Under the pieces are notes generated by a model that saw only the letters and a program-made list of their open reading frames with translations, was not told the DNA's origin and ran no database searches. A DNA stretch of 32,000 nt from Prochloron didemni P4-Papua_New_Guinea (GTDB lineage Bacteria; Cyanobacteriota; Cyanobacteriia; Cyanobacteriales; Prochloraceae), in assembly GCA_000252485.1 (NCBI GenBank), contig JH610995.1, positions 7,369 to 39,368 on the forward strand, read 5' to 3'. Every line of letters begins with the position of its first letter. The first letter of the stretch is position 1. Made by a program: the position numbers and the translations under genes. Below are positions 1-9,037 of this stretch, piece by piece.

Positions 1-564
1 CTGGATTCCTAAACGTCGGAAAAAAGTCTTAATGGGTGATGTTAAATCTTGTTTGTCCGTTATTTTACATGAGGTGGCTACTGAAAATGGTTGGTTCATT
101 AAAGCTATTGAGATCGCTCCTGACCACGTTCACCTTTTAGTCGAACACGGCTCTCAAGTTGCCATTCATCAAATCATTAAGGCTTTTAAAGGACGCTCTT
201 CTCGCATTCTTCGTCAAGAATTCCCCCATCTATGCAAACTTCCTAGTTTGTGGACTCGCAGTTATTTTTATGACACGACAGGGAAAGTTAGTACGACAAA
301 AATTATGAACTATATTAACGACCCTCATCATTCCTAATGGCGAATAAATTCGCCGTGTCGCTTTAGAGCCCCGCTCTAAAGAGACGGGGCTACCAAGCGG
401 ACGTTTTTCTCGTGTCATTGTTCTTGAGCGCCAAAAAATTTGGCAAGAATATAGAGCGGGAGGGCATGACCTTCCCTCAGCTCGTCGAGTCTGACGAAAT
501 ACTGGGACTCTTCGCGAGAAGCCCACAGTAGCGAAAGCGGTATAGTGTGAAAGATGTTACTCAA
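1..564 (+). mobile_element. Partial IS200/IS605-type insertion sequence (tnpA plus structured right arm); right end inferred at TCAA 561-564
   Basis: tnpA is followed by hairpins: GGCGAAT-AA-ATTCGCC at 339-354; overlapping alternative stems 361-368/374-381 and 367-373/385-391; and a GNRA-capped subterminal hairpin at 524-549. A TCAA tetranucleotide lies 11 nt after that hairpin, as at IS608-type right ends. The boundary is inference. Confidence 0.5.
2..337 (+). CDS. tnpA: IS200/IS605-family Y1 (HUH) transposase TnpA, 5'-truncated by the window edge
   Basis: The frame is open from base 2 (WIPKRRKKVL precedes the track Met at 32). HUH motif in APDHVHLLVE. The C-terminal LWTRSYFYDTTG region is typical of IS200 TnpA. 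Stop at 335-337. Confidence 0.8.
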   Translation, partial: WIPKRRKKVLMGDVKSCLSVILHEVATENGWFIKAIEIAPDHVHLLVEHGSQVAIHQIIKAFKGRSSRILRQEFPHLCKLPSLWTRSYFYDTTGKVSTTKIMNYINDPHHS

Positions 565-595
565 CTGCTTTTAACCAATCACAAAAGATTAAACT

Positions 596-3517
596 ATGGA
601 CGACTTGTTATTTGGAACAATTGCTAACGATATGCTAGAACCCGGTCCCGGCGTTCTAGCGTTTGGCGGAGCTGGGATGGACTTAATTGATGCTGCGGCA
701 GGGGGAGGCTTAGGTAGTAGACTCTATGGCGGTAGCGGGAATGACGAAATCATCCTGGATATTGACGGTCGTGGCTTCGGTAGCGGTGGAAACGACAAAC
801 TAGAAAGCGCACCGTCAGAAGAAAACGCAGGGGGCAATCGCCTCTATGGCGGAGAGGGAGAAGACACTCTAACTGCAACCTACAATGATCGCCTATTTGG
901 AGGTAGCGGTAACGATATTCTGGATGTTACCGGCGATGGTAGCGAGAATAGATTATATGGTGGGGCTGGTGATGACACTCTAACTGCAGGTACGGGCGAT
1001 CGCCTGGTGGGACAAGATGGTGATGACTTGCTGATTGCTGCTGGGGGCAATAGTACTTTAACTGGCGGTGCGGGAGCGGATATTTTTGCCGCTGCTCCCG
1101 AATTCCCCCATGTTCCCAATATAATAACTGACTTCGAGAGTGGAAGTGACAAAATCCAGCTTGACAGTTTCGTCGTTGAGAACTTGACAGAGCTACTCAA
1201 TCAAGGAACCATTAATCCATTGGAAGAAGGAGATGGCACGGTCATTTCCATCGGCGATACCCAAGTGTTTGTCCTGTTAGGTATTGAAGCTGGTAGTCTG
1301 GTTGAAAATGACTTTATTTTCGCTGGCGGCAACAACACCATTGAAAATGCTACCGACTTGGGTGACTTGACCGATAGAGAAGTCAGCGACAGAGGAACGG
1401 TAAATGATGAGGATAGAATTGATTTCTACCAGTTCCAGGTTGGAGAAGAAAGCGAAGTTACAGTCACTCTAACGGGATTGACTGCTGATGCCAACTTGGC
1501 CCTAATTAACGACCTGAATGAAAATGGACAAGTAGACGATGGAGAAGCAATTGCTTTCTCTGCTTTAGAAGGAACTGCTGACGAAGAAATTTTCACCGTT
1601 CTGCAAGAGGGTAGTTACTTCATCCGGGTGCGACAACAGGATGGGGTTGGATTGACCCCTTACGATTTAACTGTCTCCGCTCAAGGTACGGACAGCACTC
1701 TGGCCACAGCCAATGACTTAGGGGATTTAACCAATAGTACGGTAGTAGAAACTGGCTCCGTGCGAACAGGAGACGGATTAGATTACTACAAGTTCTCTGT
1801 AACTCTAGATAGCACGGTAGAAATTAATCTAAACGGTCTGGAGGGGACTTTAACCCGCTTAGAACTGATTGAAGACATTAATGGAGATGAAGAAGTAGCC
1901 GTAGAAGAACAATTGGCTTCTGTTTTCCTCAATAGTGAAGATCTAGTAGATGGAATTAGCTCATCCATAGCTGTTGGGGAATACTTTGTCCTGGTAGAGC
2001 TAGAGCAAGGGGATACGGACTACCAATTAACTATTGATTCGCAATTCAGGGCAGCGGACAACTCGACCGCCACAGCAGTGGACTTGGGAGACATTACCGA
2101 TTCATCAGCAGCAGATAGCGACCTAGTCTACGATGGAGACCCACGAGACTTCTACCAGTTCCAGATTACAGAAGAAAGCGAAGTAACGGTTAATCTCACA
2201 GGCTTGACTGGAGATGCAAACCTGGCACTGATTAACGACCTCAATGACAATGGAGTATTTGATGCGGTCGAAGCAATTGCTTTCTCGGCTTTAGAAGGCA
2301 CTGCCCATGAGGAGATTTTCCAAGTTCTCGGTGCAGGTAACCACTTTATCCGAGTGCGGCAAGACGATGGTGAAGTTGCTCCAGGACTGGCCCGTTACGA
2401 TTTAAGCGTCGCAGCGGAAGGTACAGACAGCACTCTGGCCACAGCCAATGACTTAGGGAATTTAACCAATAACTCCGCAGTAGAAACAGACTCTCTCAGA
2501 ACAGGAGACGGATTAGATTACTACAAGTTCTCTGTCACTCTAGATAGCACAGTAGAAATTAATCTAAACGGTCTGGAGGGGACTTTAACCCGCTTAGAAC
2601 TGATTGAAGACATTAATGGAGATGGAGAAGTAGCCGTACAAGAACAATTGGCTTCTGTTTTCCTCAATAGTGAAGATCTAGTAGATGGAATTAGCTCATC
2701 CATAGCTGTTGGGGACTACTTTGTCCTGGTAGAGCTAGAGCAAGGGGATACGGACTACGAATTAACTATTGATTCGCAATTCAGGGCAGCGGACAACTCT
2801 CCAGCCACAGCAGTGGACTTGGGAGACATTACCAATTCATCAGCAGCAGATAGCGACCTAGTCTACGATGGAGACCCACGAGACTTCTACCAGTTCCAGA
2901 TTACAGAAGAAAGCGAAGTAACAGTTAATCTGACCGGTTTGACTGGAGATGCGAATCTAGCACTGATTCGGGACGACGACGGGGATGGAGAATTTGATGC
3001 GGTCGAAGCATTTGCTTTCTCCGCTTTAGAAGGTACTGCCCATGAGGAGATTTTCCAAGTTCTAGATGCAGGTAACTACTTTATCCGAGTGCGGCAAGAC
3101 GATGGTGAAGTTGCTCCAGGACTGGCCCGTTACGATTTAAGCGTCGCAGCGGAAGGTACAGACAGCACTCTAGCCACTGCTAATGACCTGGGTATTTTGA
3201 CTGGTTCTTTCGCACCAATCAATGACTCGGTCCGAATTGGAGACGGATTAGATTACTACAAGTTTGAAATAACTGAAAACAGCACGGTAGAAATTAATCT
3301 AAACGGTCTGGACGGGACTTTAACCAGGTTAGAACTGATTGAGGATATTAATGGAGATGGAGAAGTAGCCGTACAAGAAAAATTGGCTTCCGTTTTCCTC
3401 AATAGTGACAATCTAGTAGATGGAATTAGCCAACCCATAGCTGTTGGGGAATACTTTGTCCTGGTAGGGCTAGAGGAAGGGGATACGGACTACCAATTAA
3501 CTATCTCTCGATCCTAA
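596..3517 (+). CDS. Large secreted-type protein: N-terminal RTX (hemolysin-type Ca-binding GGxGxD) repeats plus six PPC (pre-peptidase C-terminal)-like domains
   Basis: 973-aa ORF. Nonapeptide-like motifs LYGGSGNDEI, LYGGEGEDTL, LFGGSGNDIL, LYGGAGDDTL. Then alternating domains with the D-x-DFYQF / DGLDYYKF ... G-YF-RV / YDL pattern of PPC domains. Confidence 0.8.
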   Translation: MDDLLFGTIANDMLEPGPGVLAFGGAGMDLIDAAAGGGLGSRLYGGSGNDEIILDIDGRGFGSGGNDKLESAPSEENAGGNRLYGGEGEDTLTATYNDRLFGGSGNDILDVTGDGSENRLYGGAGDDTLTAGTGDRLVGQDGDDLLIAAGGNSTLTGGAGADIFAAAPEFPHVPNIITDFESGSDKIQLDSFVVENLTELLNQGTINPLEEGDGTVISIGDTQVFVLLGIEAGSLVENDFIFAGGNNTIENATDLGDLTDREVSDRGTVNDEDRIDFYQFQVGEESEVTVTLTGLTADANLALINDLNENGQVDDGEAIAFSALEGTADEEIFTVLQEGSYFIRVRQQDGVGLTPYDLTVSAQGTDSTLATANDLGDLTNSTVVETGSVRTGDGLDYYKFSVTLDSTVEINLNGLEGTLTRLELIEDINGDEEVAVEEQLASVFLNSEDLVDGISSSIAVGEYFVLVELEQGDTDYQLTIDSQFRAADNSTATAVDLGDITDSSAADSDLVYDGDPRDFYQFQITEESEVTVNLTGLTGDANLALINDLNDNGVFDAVEAIAFSALEGTAHEEIFQVLGAGNHFIRVRQDDGEVAPGLARYDLSVAAEGTDSTLATANDLGNLTNNSAVETDSLRTGDGLDYYKFSVTLDSTVEINLNGLEGTLTRLELIEDINGDGEVAVQEQLASVFLNSEDLVDGISSSIAVGDYFVLVELEQGDTDYELTIDSQFRAADNSPATAVDLGDITNSSAADSDLVYDGDPRDFYQFQITEESEVTVNLTGLTGDANLALIRDDDGDGEFDAVEAFAFSALEGTAHEEIFQVLDAGNYFIRVRQDDGEVAPGLARYDLSVAAEGTDSTLATANDLGILTGSFAPINDSVRIGDGLDYYKFEITENSTVEINLNGLDGTLTRLELIEDINGDGEVAVQEKLASVFLNSDNLVDGISQPIAVGEYFVLVGLEEGDTDYQLTISRS
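1331..3514 (+). repeat. Intragenic tandem repeat, about 3 units of ~735 bp (each unit is two PPC-like domains)
   Basis: Antisense shadow ORFs at 1786, 2521 and 3256 are spaced exactly 735 nt apart. Long stretches of units 1-3 are identical at nucleotide level, e.g. gattactacaagttctctgt...gtagaaattaatctaaacggtctgga. Confidence 0.9.
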
Positions 3518-3588
3518 AAATTCCCACTGAAGATTGAGTGAAAGACAATCCTTCCTTTTCTATGAGAAAGATTGTTTTTCACAAGAAT

Positions 3589-3687
3589 AGGACTTACGCA
3601 AACAAACCTAGAAACCGGGTTTCTCGCCAGGATAAAACAGCAAAATCCAGATTTTTAGTTCAGAAACCCGGTTTCTGCGTAAGTCCT
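3589..3687 (+). repeat. Family A palindromic element (AGGACTTACGCA termini, inner GAAACCGGGTTTC hairpins)
   Basis: 12-bp perfect terminal inverted repeat AGGACTTACGCA/TGCGTAAGTCCT. Second copy at 20973-21070. Related inner palindromes at 18596-18661. Confidence 0.8.
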
Positions 3688-3800
3688 AAAGAAAAATAAT
3701 CAATTCAATTAATTTATTTAATAGGGGCGCAGGTTGGTGCGCCTCTACATTTTTCTGCCCTTCGGTGACCATTGGCTGCAACCAACAACAGTTGAATTTT

Positions 3801-3989
3801 ATATCAAATCTAAAAATGTTTGCTACAGATACAATAGTGTTATAAATAATTGTAGGTTGGGTCTCCCGATAGCGAAACCCAACATAACAACCCTTGCTGT
3901 TGGGTTTCGTTACCTCAACCCAACCTACGAGTTATAAACTATGATGTAACGCCACTATTTGTAGCAAATATTTTTGTATTTCATATTAT
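3801..3989 (+). mobile_element. Family B MITE-like element: imperfect inverted arms around a GTAGGTTGGG...CAACCCAACCTAC core
   Basis: Left arm atatcaaatctaaaaatgtttgctacagatacaatagtgttataa. The right arm is a degenerate inverted copy. Core at 3852-3930 recurs at 18815-18983 and 22771-22850. Arms recur at 18682-18734 and 18984-19035. Confidence 0.65.
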
Positions 3990-3992
3990 ATT

Positions 3993-4094
3993 CTCGATAG
4001 TCAAGGCTTACCCTGAAATTTAGGCAGCCCAGAGGGCTACCCCACGATTGACTTTCTACATATTTAGCCCCAAACAACTACTTTTGACCACACC
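3993..4094 (-). repeat. Family C dispersed repeat (short variant)
   Basis: Shares ...aggcagccc...ggctaccccac.attgactttctacatatt...caaacaactacttttgaccacacc with 25307-25432, and in reverse complement with 5652-5755 and 19673-19810. Confidence 0.8.
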
Positions 4095-4102
4095 GGCGAC
4101 CA

Positions 4103-5080
4103 TTAGGGCAAGCCTTGGATCAACCAGTTAACCAACTGCTGCCACTCAGAACAGTTACCCAGAGCATCTCCATCTAACTCGCTGCCCCAGTTGCGGGAAA
4201 ACTCAGTAAAATTTTCTACCCAACTAATAATTCTTTCCACTGGAGGAACACAACTATAATTACAAGCTTGCTGAAGATACTCCACCATCTCTGTCTTATG
4301 TCCAGTATAATATAAATACCAAGCAATCCAAACGAGAGTATCGTGACGCACCCGATTTTCAATTAACCGCAACCTTTCAGGAATTTCCGGTAATTGAAAG
4401 AAATTATCAATTGCGGCGGCAAGAGAACGAGCCTGGGGCAAACCCTTAAACATGGCGCTGCCTTCGTGTTGGCGATAGCAAACTGTCACTCGACGCAACC
4501 AACTACCTCGACAGCCTTGCAGAGCCAATCGCAGCACCATCTCCGTATCTTCTGCTGGCGGGAAGCGAGGGTCGAAACCCCCTACCTTTTCCAACCACTG
4601 CCGACGAAACATCATGGCTGAAGGAAGGACTGGTTTCCATTGCACCCAAGTTTCCAGGTTCAGTTGGGGAACGTCTTCCCAGGGACGAACATCCATGAGA
4701 TACTTACCCTGGGGATCCACGCGCCGCCAACCACTATGGACGATGCCCAAATCTGGTTGTGCCTGGAACCGAGCTACCTGTGCGGCTAGTTTGCCGGGAA
4801 GAAAGTAGTCATCTGCATCCAGAAAAGCGACGAACTCCCCCCGGGCCAGCTGGATGCCGTGATTGCGAGCCATGGATACGCCCTGATTTTCCTGATATAC
4901 GTAACGTATTTTGTTGCGGTAGGATTGCACTACTTTATCTGTGCTGTCGGTGGAACCGTCATCCACCACAATTATTTCCCCATCAATGCCAGTTTGGCTC
5001 AAAACACTGTCTACTGCCTGACAAAGATAGCGATCACAGTTATAGGTAGGAATAATGGTGGTTACTCTCGGTGCTGCCAT
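4103..5080 (-). CDS. Family 2 glycosyltransferase
   Basis: N-terminus VTTIIPTYNCDRYLCQAVDSVLSQT...EIIVVDDGSTDST and a later DADD motif (FLDADDYF), typical of GT-A/GT2. The ATG at 5080 is preferred over the TTG at 5098 used by the track. Confidence 0.85.
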   Translation of the reverse strand: MAAPRVTTIIPTYNCDRYLCQAVDSVLSQTGIDGEIIVVDDGSTDSTDKVVQSYRNKIRYVYQENQGVSMARNHGIQLARGEFVAFLDADDYFLPGKLAAQVARFQAQPDLGIVHSGWRRVDPQGKYLMDVRPWEDVPQLNLETWVQWKPVLPSAMMFRRQWLEKVGGFDPRFPPAEDTEMVLRLALQGCRGSWLRRVTVCYRQHEGSAMFKGLPQARSLAAAIDNFFQLPEIPERLRLIENRVRHDTLVWIAWYLYYTGHKTEMVEYLQQACNYSCVPPVERIISWVENFTEFSRNWGSELDGDALGNCSEWQQLVNWLIQGLP

Positions 5081-5101
5081 GATCTTAATTCTTATCAACC
5101 T

Positions 5102-5242
5102 CGACCGAATCTGAAAATTGACAACAAGCTAAAAACCAAGAGGGATAAGGCTTTTCTAGTGTCTGCCATTTTTCGGGTCAACATTCGTCACGAATTAAAT
5201 TTTGAATTTTGAATTTTGAATTTTGAATTCGACCGTCCGGAG
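5102..5242 (+). mobile_element. Family D 140-bp MITE-like element, copy 1 (contains a (TTTTGAA)n array)
   Basis: Near-identical to 19946-20085 and to the reverse complement of 26877-27016. Starts cgaccgaatctgaaaattgacaacaagctaaaaaccaagagg and ends (ttttgaa)n-ttcgac...ggag. Confidence 0.7.
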
Positions 5243-5245
5243 CTA

Positions 5246-5527
5246 TTAAGCTTTTTGGCGACGCACTCTGACTCGCTTTTCCGGGTCTTGTTTTTTCACC
5301 CAGGAAAGAAATTTCTTCATCTGGGGTTCATTTTGCAGTTTTTCCACAGTATTATAGCTTTGGGCTAGCTCTGTATTCTGAAAAAGGGTGTGGATCTGGC
5401 TATGACAAGGGGAGCAAATATTTGCTGTGGGTCCAGCAGCAGCTTTTTTCCGTTTGACAGCTTGTCTGGGAACGAGATGATGAACTGTTAACCGTTCCAT
5501 TTCCCTTCCACATAACTCACATTTCAT
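5246..5527 (-). CDS. Small HNH-type endonuclease-like protein
   Basis: MKCELCGREMERLTVHHLVPRQ...CSPCHSQIH gives the Cys pairs plus the H-H..P / H pattern of the HNH/His-Me finger. The ATG at 5527 is preferred; the upstream 30 codons of the track ORF run through AT-rich non-coding-looking sequence. Confidence 0.6.
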   Translation of the reverse strand: MKCELCGREMERLTVHHLVPRQAVKRKKAAAGPTANICSPCHSQIHTLFQNTELAQSYNTVEKLQNEPQMKKFLSWVKKQDPEKRVRVRRQKA

Positions 5528-5651
5528 TGCTAAAAAAAAGAAGTGGACTTGGGGTGGAGAATTTGTAACAAATAAATAATTAACATTAAGTAATCTAACA
5601 CAAAAATATTGATACAATTGTCCTCAACGATAGGATCGGTTATATTGGCTT

Positions 5652-5755
5652 AGTAGTTGTTTGGGGCTGAATATGTATTTATCAAAGTGGGGTAGCCCCC
5701 CTTCGACTACGCTCAGGGCAAGTCTGGGCTGCCTACTAATAGCTTTCAGGGTAAG
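5652..5755 (+). repeat. Family C dispersed repeat
   Basis: agtagttgtttggggctgaatatgtatttatcaa.gtggggtagccccccttcg...gggctgcctac matches 19673-19810. Confidence 0.8.
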
Positions 5756-5989
5756 TAGTTTGGTGTGATGCGTTCTCAACGCACCCTACTAATAGCTAAT
5801 TAGTTATCGATCATGGGTTATTAGTGACCTGTTACCAATTATAATTCAAAAAGAAGCGCTCCTACTTAATGTGATCGCGATCGCCTTTCGCGGCGCTTCG
5901 CGAGCACAGCATCTCCCTTAGACAGATCGCTGTTACTGACCAAAGTAGTTAATAGGATAATCAAACACATCTATTCTAAGGCGATATTG

Positions 5990-7039
5990 ATGATGATTCA
6001 ACAAATTGCTAAAGTCCATAATCCCATAAACGAACAACCCTGGTGGAATCGCCCTCTTTGGGGGGAAGCGATCGCCCTACAACAACCCTGGTGGAACCGC
6101 CCTCTTTGGGGTCAAGGAAACCTATTTGCCAATCTGAGCAAACCGGAAGTTCCCGAGAAGGCAATATTGCTTCACAATCAACAGTTGCAACAAGCAAGAG
6201 AGATAGCTGAAAAAGCAAAAGCATTAGATAGTCAAGAATTTAGTCACAATCAATTTTTGTTGTTTTTACGCATTGAAAATGATTTAAGAAAGGGTGTTGG
6301 TGAGTATCAAGATTTAGCTCCCATCGCTCAACTATTATGGACTTTGCTGGAAGTAAACAAGCTTTTCCAGGTTGCAGATAGACTTAAATCAAGCAATCAA
6401 AAGTTTGAACAAGAAGAATTATATCCACAGTTATATCAACTCTCCATCACCTTAAGGGAGCAAAATTTAACCAAACAAGAGATATTAACTACCATAGAAG
6501 AAAACTTTGGTGAACTTCTCGAGAATTTAGCAAACGAATGTGAACAAAATCTTTTATCCTCTCATCTTCTAACACCTTCAGAGATAACTAGCGATCGGTT
6601 TATTTCCCACATATTACCTTTCTTGGCTAAATATAACCTCCCTAACTATTCAACCTTGAAAAACATCAACGATCTTGTGGATAGTCTTTCCACAGAATAT
6701 CGGCAAGACCTCAATGCCTTGACTGTTTTGGTGGAGCTAAATTGCCAATTATTCGAGCAAATCGCGCCAATTCTGCCAATACCTGAAGGAAAAAATCCCC
6801 CGAAAACTTATGGGAGAATTATTCAATACATCGCTCTCAGAAACTACTATCAAGCTAGATCTCATCAATTTCAACGACTAATTCAAGTACTCGGCATTTG
6901 GCATGATTACTATAGAAGAGTTATTGAGATTCGCCAGCAATATAGCTGGATCCAATACAAGCAACCGCAAAAATTTCACCTAGAAATTCCTGGCTTAGAA
7001 CTTTATCAGAAATACCGTAGATTTTTGCTGAAAGAATAA
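5990..7039 (+). CDS. Hypothetical protein, helical and Q/L-rich, with a duplicated N-terminal QPWWNRPLWG motif
   Basis: Long ORF with coding-like composition. I recognise no family. The decapeptide QPWWNRPLWG occurs twice within the first 45 residues. Confidence 0.55.
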   Translation: MMIQQIAKVHNPINEQPWWNRPLWGEAIALQQPWWNRPLWGQGNLFANLSKPEVPEKAILLHNQQLQQAREIAEKAKALDSQEFSHNQFLLFLRIENDLRKGVGEYQDLAPIAQLLWTLLEVNKLFQVADRLKSSNQKFEQEELYPQLYQLSITLREQNLTKQEILTTIEENFGELLENLANECEQNLLSSHLLTPSEITSDRFISHILPFLAKYNLPNYSTLKNINDLVDSLSTEYRQDLNALTVLVELNCQLFEQIAPILPIPEGKNPPKTYGRIIQYIALRNYYQARSHQFQRLIQVLGIWHDYYRRVIEIRQQYSWIQYKQPQKFHLEIPGLELYQKYRRFLLKE

Positions 7040-7066
7040 ACTACTTCAATTTAGTCCATCTAATGT

Positions 7067-7088
7067 GGTGGGCAGTGCCGCACCCTAC
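7067..7088 (-). repeat. 22-nt palindromic motif GTAGGGTGCGGCACTGCCCACC (reverse orientation)
   Basis: Exact reverse complement of the motif at 28894-28915. Confidence 0.9.
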
Positions 7089-7171
7089 GAAAAAACTCTA
7101 TCAGTAGGGTACTACGCCAACACCACACTATCTATATTGATACTGCTTTTGACTATAGCGATAGATGCTGT

Positions 7172-7193
7172 GGTGGGCAGTGCCGCACCCTAC
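7172..7193 (-). repeat. 22-nt palindromic motif GTAGGGTGCGGCACTGCCCACC (reverse orientation)
   Basis: Same 22-mer as 7067-7088. Directly followed by a heptamer array. Confidence 0.9.
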
Positions 7194-7199
7194 TAAAAA

Positions 7200-7248
7200 A
7201 CTATCAACTATCCACTATCAACTATCCACTATCAACTATCCACTATCA
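7200..7248 (+). repeat. Heptanucleotide tandem array (ACTATCA/ACTATCC) x7
   Basis: Seven strictly alternating 7-nt units counted by hand. Ends 6 nt before the stop codon of the M48 peptidase gene. Confidence 0.95.
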
Positions 7249-7254
7249 ACTGCC

Positions 7255-8844
7255 TTATCTTCTTTGATTCCGTCTGCGATGGTAATCTTCGCTTTCTTGA
7301 TATTCTTCCATTAATTTCACCACCTTTTCTTGAATCTTGCTATGTTCCAAAACCCCTTCATAGGCATAGCGATCGTAACCATTGGTAACGATGAGATTTT
7401 CTAAATAACTCACTCGCTCCTCTGTATGAGGGTGAGTAGAAAGCCATGCAGGAGGACGAGAACGATTTTCATTTTCCGAGTTGAGAGTAACAGTGAGATT
7501 GCGCAATCCATCGGCAGCATAACCGCTAGCAGCCAAAATTTTCGTCCCAATCACATCCGCTTCCCTTTCCATATCCCTGCTGTACTTAAGAACGATGATA
7601 TTAGCAGCAGTACCGCCAAAAGGAATAAACTGGCCGAAGTTAGCAGTTAAATTGCCTTCCGTGACTAATTTAAAACCGTGAGAAAGGACAGCGTGAGATA
7701 TTTCATGAGCTAATAAACCCGCCAGTTCTGCTTCTGACTTAGTTTTGATTAGGGCCCCAGCATTGATGAATATTTTCCCTCCTGGAAGTGCGAAAGCATT
7801 GAGTTGGTCGTCCATAATCAGATGAAATTCGTATTCAAATTCATTGCGACCGGCAAAACTAGCTATTTTATTGCCCATTTCCCTCACATAGGCTAATACT
7901 TCTTCATCTTCAATGGTGGGTATCTGACGCTGAATCTGTTGGGAGAAAGCATCTCCCACGGCTGATTCGCCTTGAAGTAACAAGCTGGTAGTTTCAAGCG
8001 CTGAGAGAGTCCCGAATAAATTGCCAGTGACAGCGAAGTCAAGGATTCCCGTGAGCAAACTCCCGATGGCATTTCCTTTCAAGCGCGATCGCAAATTACT
8101 TTGGTACATTTGCAACTGGCGATGGGCTAACTGAGTAAATTCCTCAGCCTCGGGATGTTCTGGGTTGAGCAAAGCAAACTGACGGGCTAAAATTGAAGCT
8201 TCCAGCCATTTTTCTTGTTCTTCATAAATCTCTATAGTGCCTCGGAGCAACTCCGGTTCGTTGCGATACAGAGTAGTGGCCCGTTCTAAAACTTGTACCG
8301 CCTCTTCTGGTTTGTCATATGCTTTTAAGGCGCGAGCATAGCGCAAATGACCGGGAATGAATTCTGGATATTGCTCCACTAAAAATTTGAGGGGTATGAG
8401 GGTTTTGCTCTCTAACTGCTGCTCTAAACCCTCACCGGATATGCGCCAATAAACTGCTGCGCTGGGAGATAAGTCCTCTGCTTGGTAAAACGCCTCTGGC
8501 AGTGTGTCAACTTCGCTTTCTGCTGTAAAGGGTTCTTTCAGGGAGCGGTATAAGGAAGCTGCTTCAACCTTCTTGCCAGATAAGTAGAGTTGATCTGCTT
8601 CGATGTATTGCTCCTGTTCTGCATATCTGATAGGAGTTATTCTTTCCTCAGCAGCCAGTTCCTCATTCTTCTTTTCCGTATTTGTTTCCCCTCGATCTTC
8701 TTCCTCTTTTGTTTCTGTTTCCGCCTCTGAACTGGCTTCAACATATAAGAGAGCAGGTTGAGGGTCGGATTGGGCTGCAACTGCAGTCGTAGTTGATAAT
8801 AAGATAGCTAAAGCTATGGATAGTGAATGCCTTGGGAGTTTCAT
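7255..8844 (-). CDS. Secreted M48-family Zn metallopeptidase with an N-terminal TPR-like region
   Basis: Signal-peptide-like MKLPRHSLSIALAILLSTTTAVAAQ. HEISH (HExxH) in LLAHEISHAVLSHG with a downstream Glu (MEREADVIG). The helical repeat region is YRSL/YARAL-type. Confidence 0.8.
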   Translation of the reverse strand: MKLPRHSLSIALAILLSTTTAVAAQSDPQPALLYVEASSEAETETKEEEDRGETNTEKKNEELAAEERITPIRYAEQEQYIEADQLYLSGKKVEAASLYRSLKEPFTAESEVDTLPEAFYQAEDLSPSAAVYWRISGEGLEQQLESKTLIPLKFLVEQYPEFIPGHLRYARALKAYDKPEEAVQVLERATTLYRNEPELLRGTIEIYEEQEKWLEASILARQFALLNPEHPEAEEFTQLAHRQLQMYQSNLRSRLKGNAIGSLLTGILDFAVTGNLFGTLSALETTSLLLQGESAVGDAFSQQIQRQIPTIEDEEVLAYVREMGNKIASFAGRNEFEYEFHLIMDDQLNAFALPGGKIFINAGALIKTKSEAELAGLLAHEISHAVLSHGFKLVTEGNLTANFGQFIPFGGTAANIIVLKYSRDMEREADVIGTKILAASGYAADGLRNLTVTLNSENENRSRPPAWLSTHPHTEERVSYLENLIVTNGYDRYAYEGVLEHSKIQEKVVKLMEEYQESEDYHRRRNQRR

Positions 8845-9037
8845 TGTTCAAATTATTGTAGCTGCTACCACTATGATGAACTATCGCCACAACAGCATCC
8901 ACATTCATGCTGGTAGAAAGTATTTAATAATTCTTAATAAAGAAGATCGTTAAATAAGTTTAATCTAGTCAATTAGTGGACAATAAAGAATCTGCTGGAA
9001 GGCCCAATGCACAGAGAAGCTGTCAAGAAGCGATTGA

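Noticed and set aside
230-1200. Minus-strand ORFs 230-526 and 880-1200
   Set aside because: The first spans the non-coding structured arm of the IS element and overlaps tnpA. The second is antisense to the Gly/Asp-rich RTX repeats, a low-complexity Pro/Ser-rich mirror translation.
1786-3438. Three 60-aa minus-strand ORFs (1786-1968, 2521-2703, 3256-3438) with near-identical sequences
   Set aside because: They are antisense shadows of the 735-bp tandem repeat inside the RTX/PPC gene. Their periodicity only reflects the sense-strand repeat.
3541-3580. Possible rho-independent terminator after the RTX/PPC gene (ACAATC...GATTGT followed by TTTTT)
   Set aside because: The stem is short and bulged with a long loop. 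It is not strong enough to annotate without folding energies.
4394-5212. Four plus-strand ORFs overlapping the GT2 gene
   Set aside because: They are antisense to a well-supported glycosyltransferase CDS and have Arg/Cys/Pro-rich mirror-frame composition.
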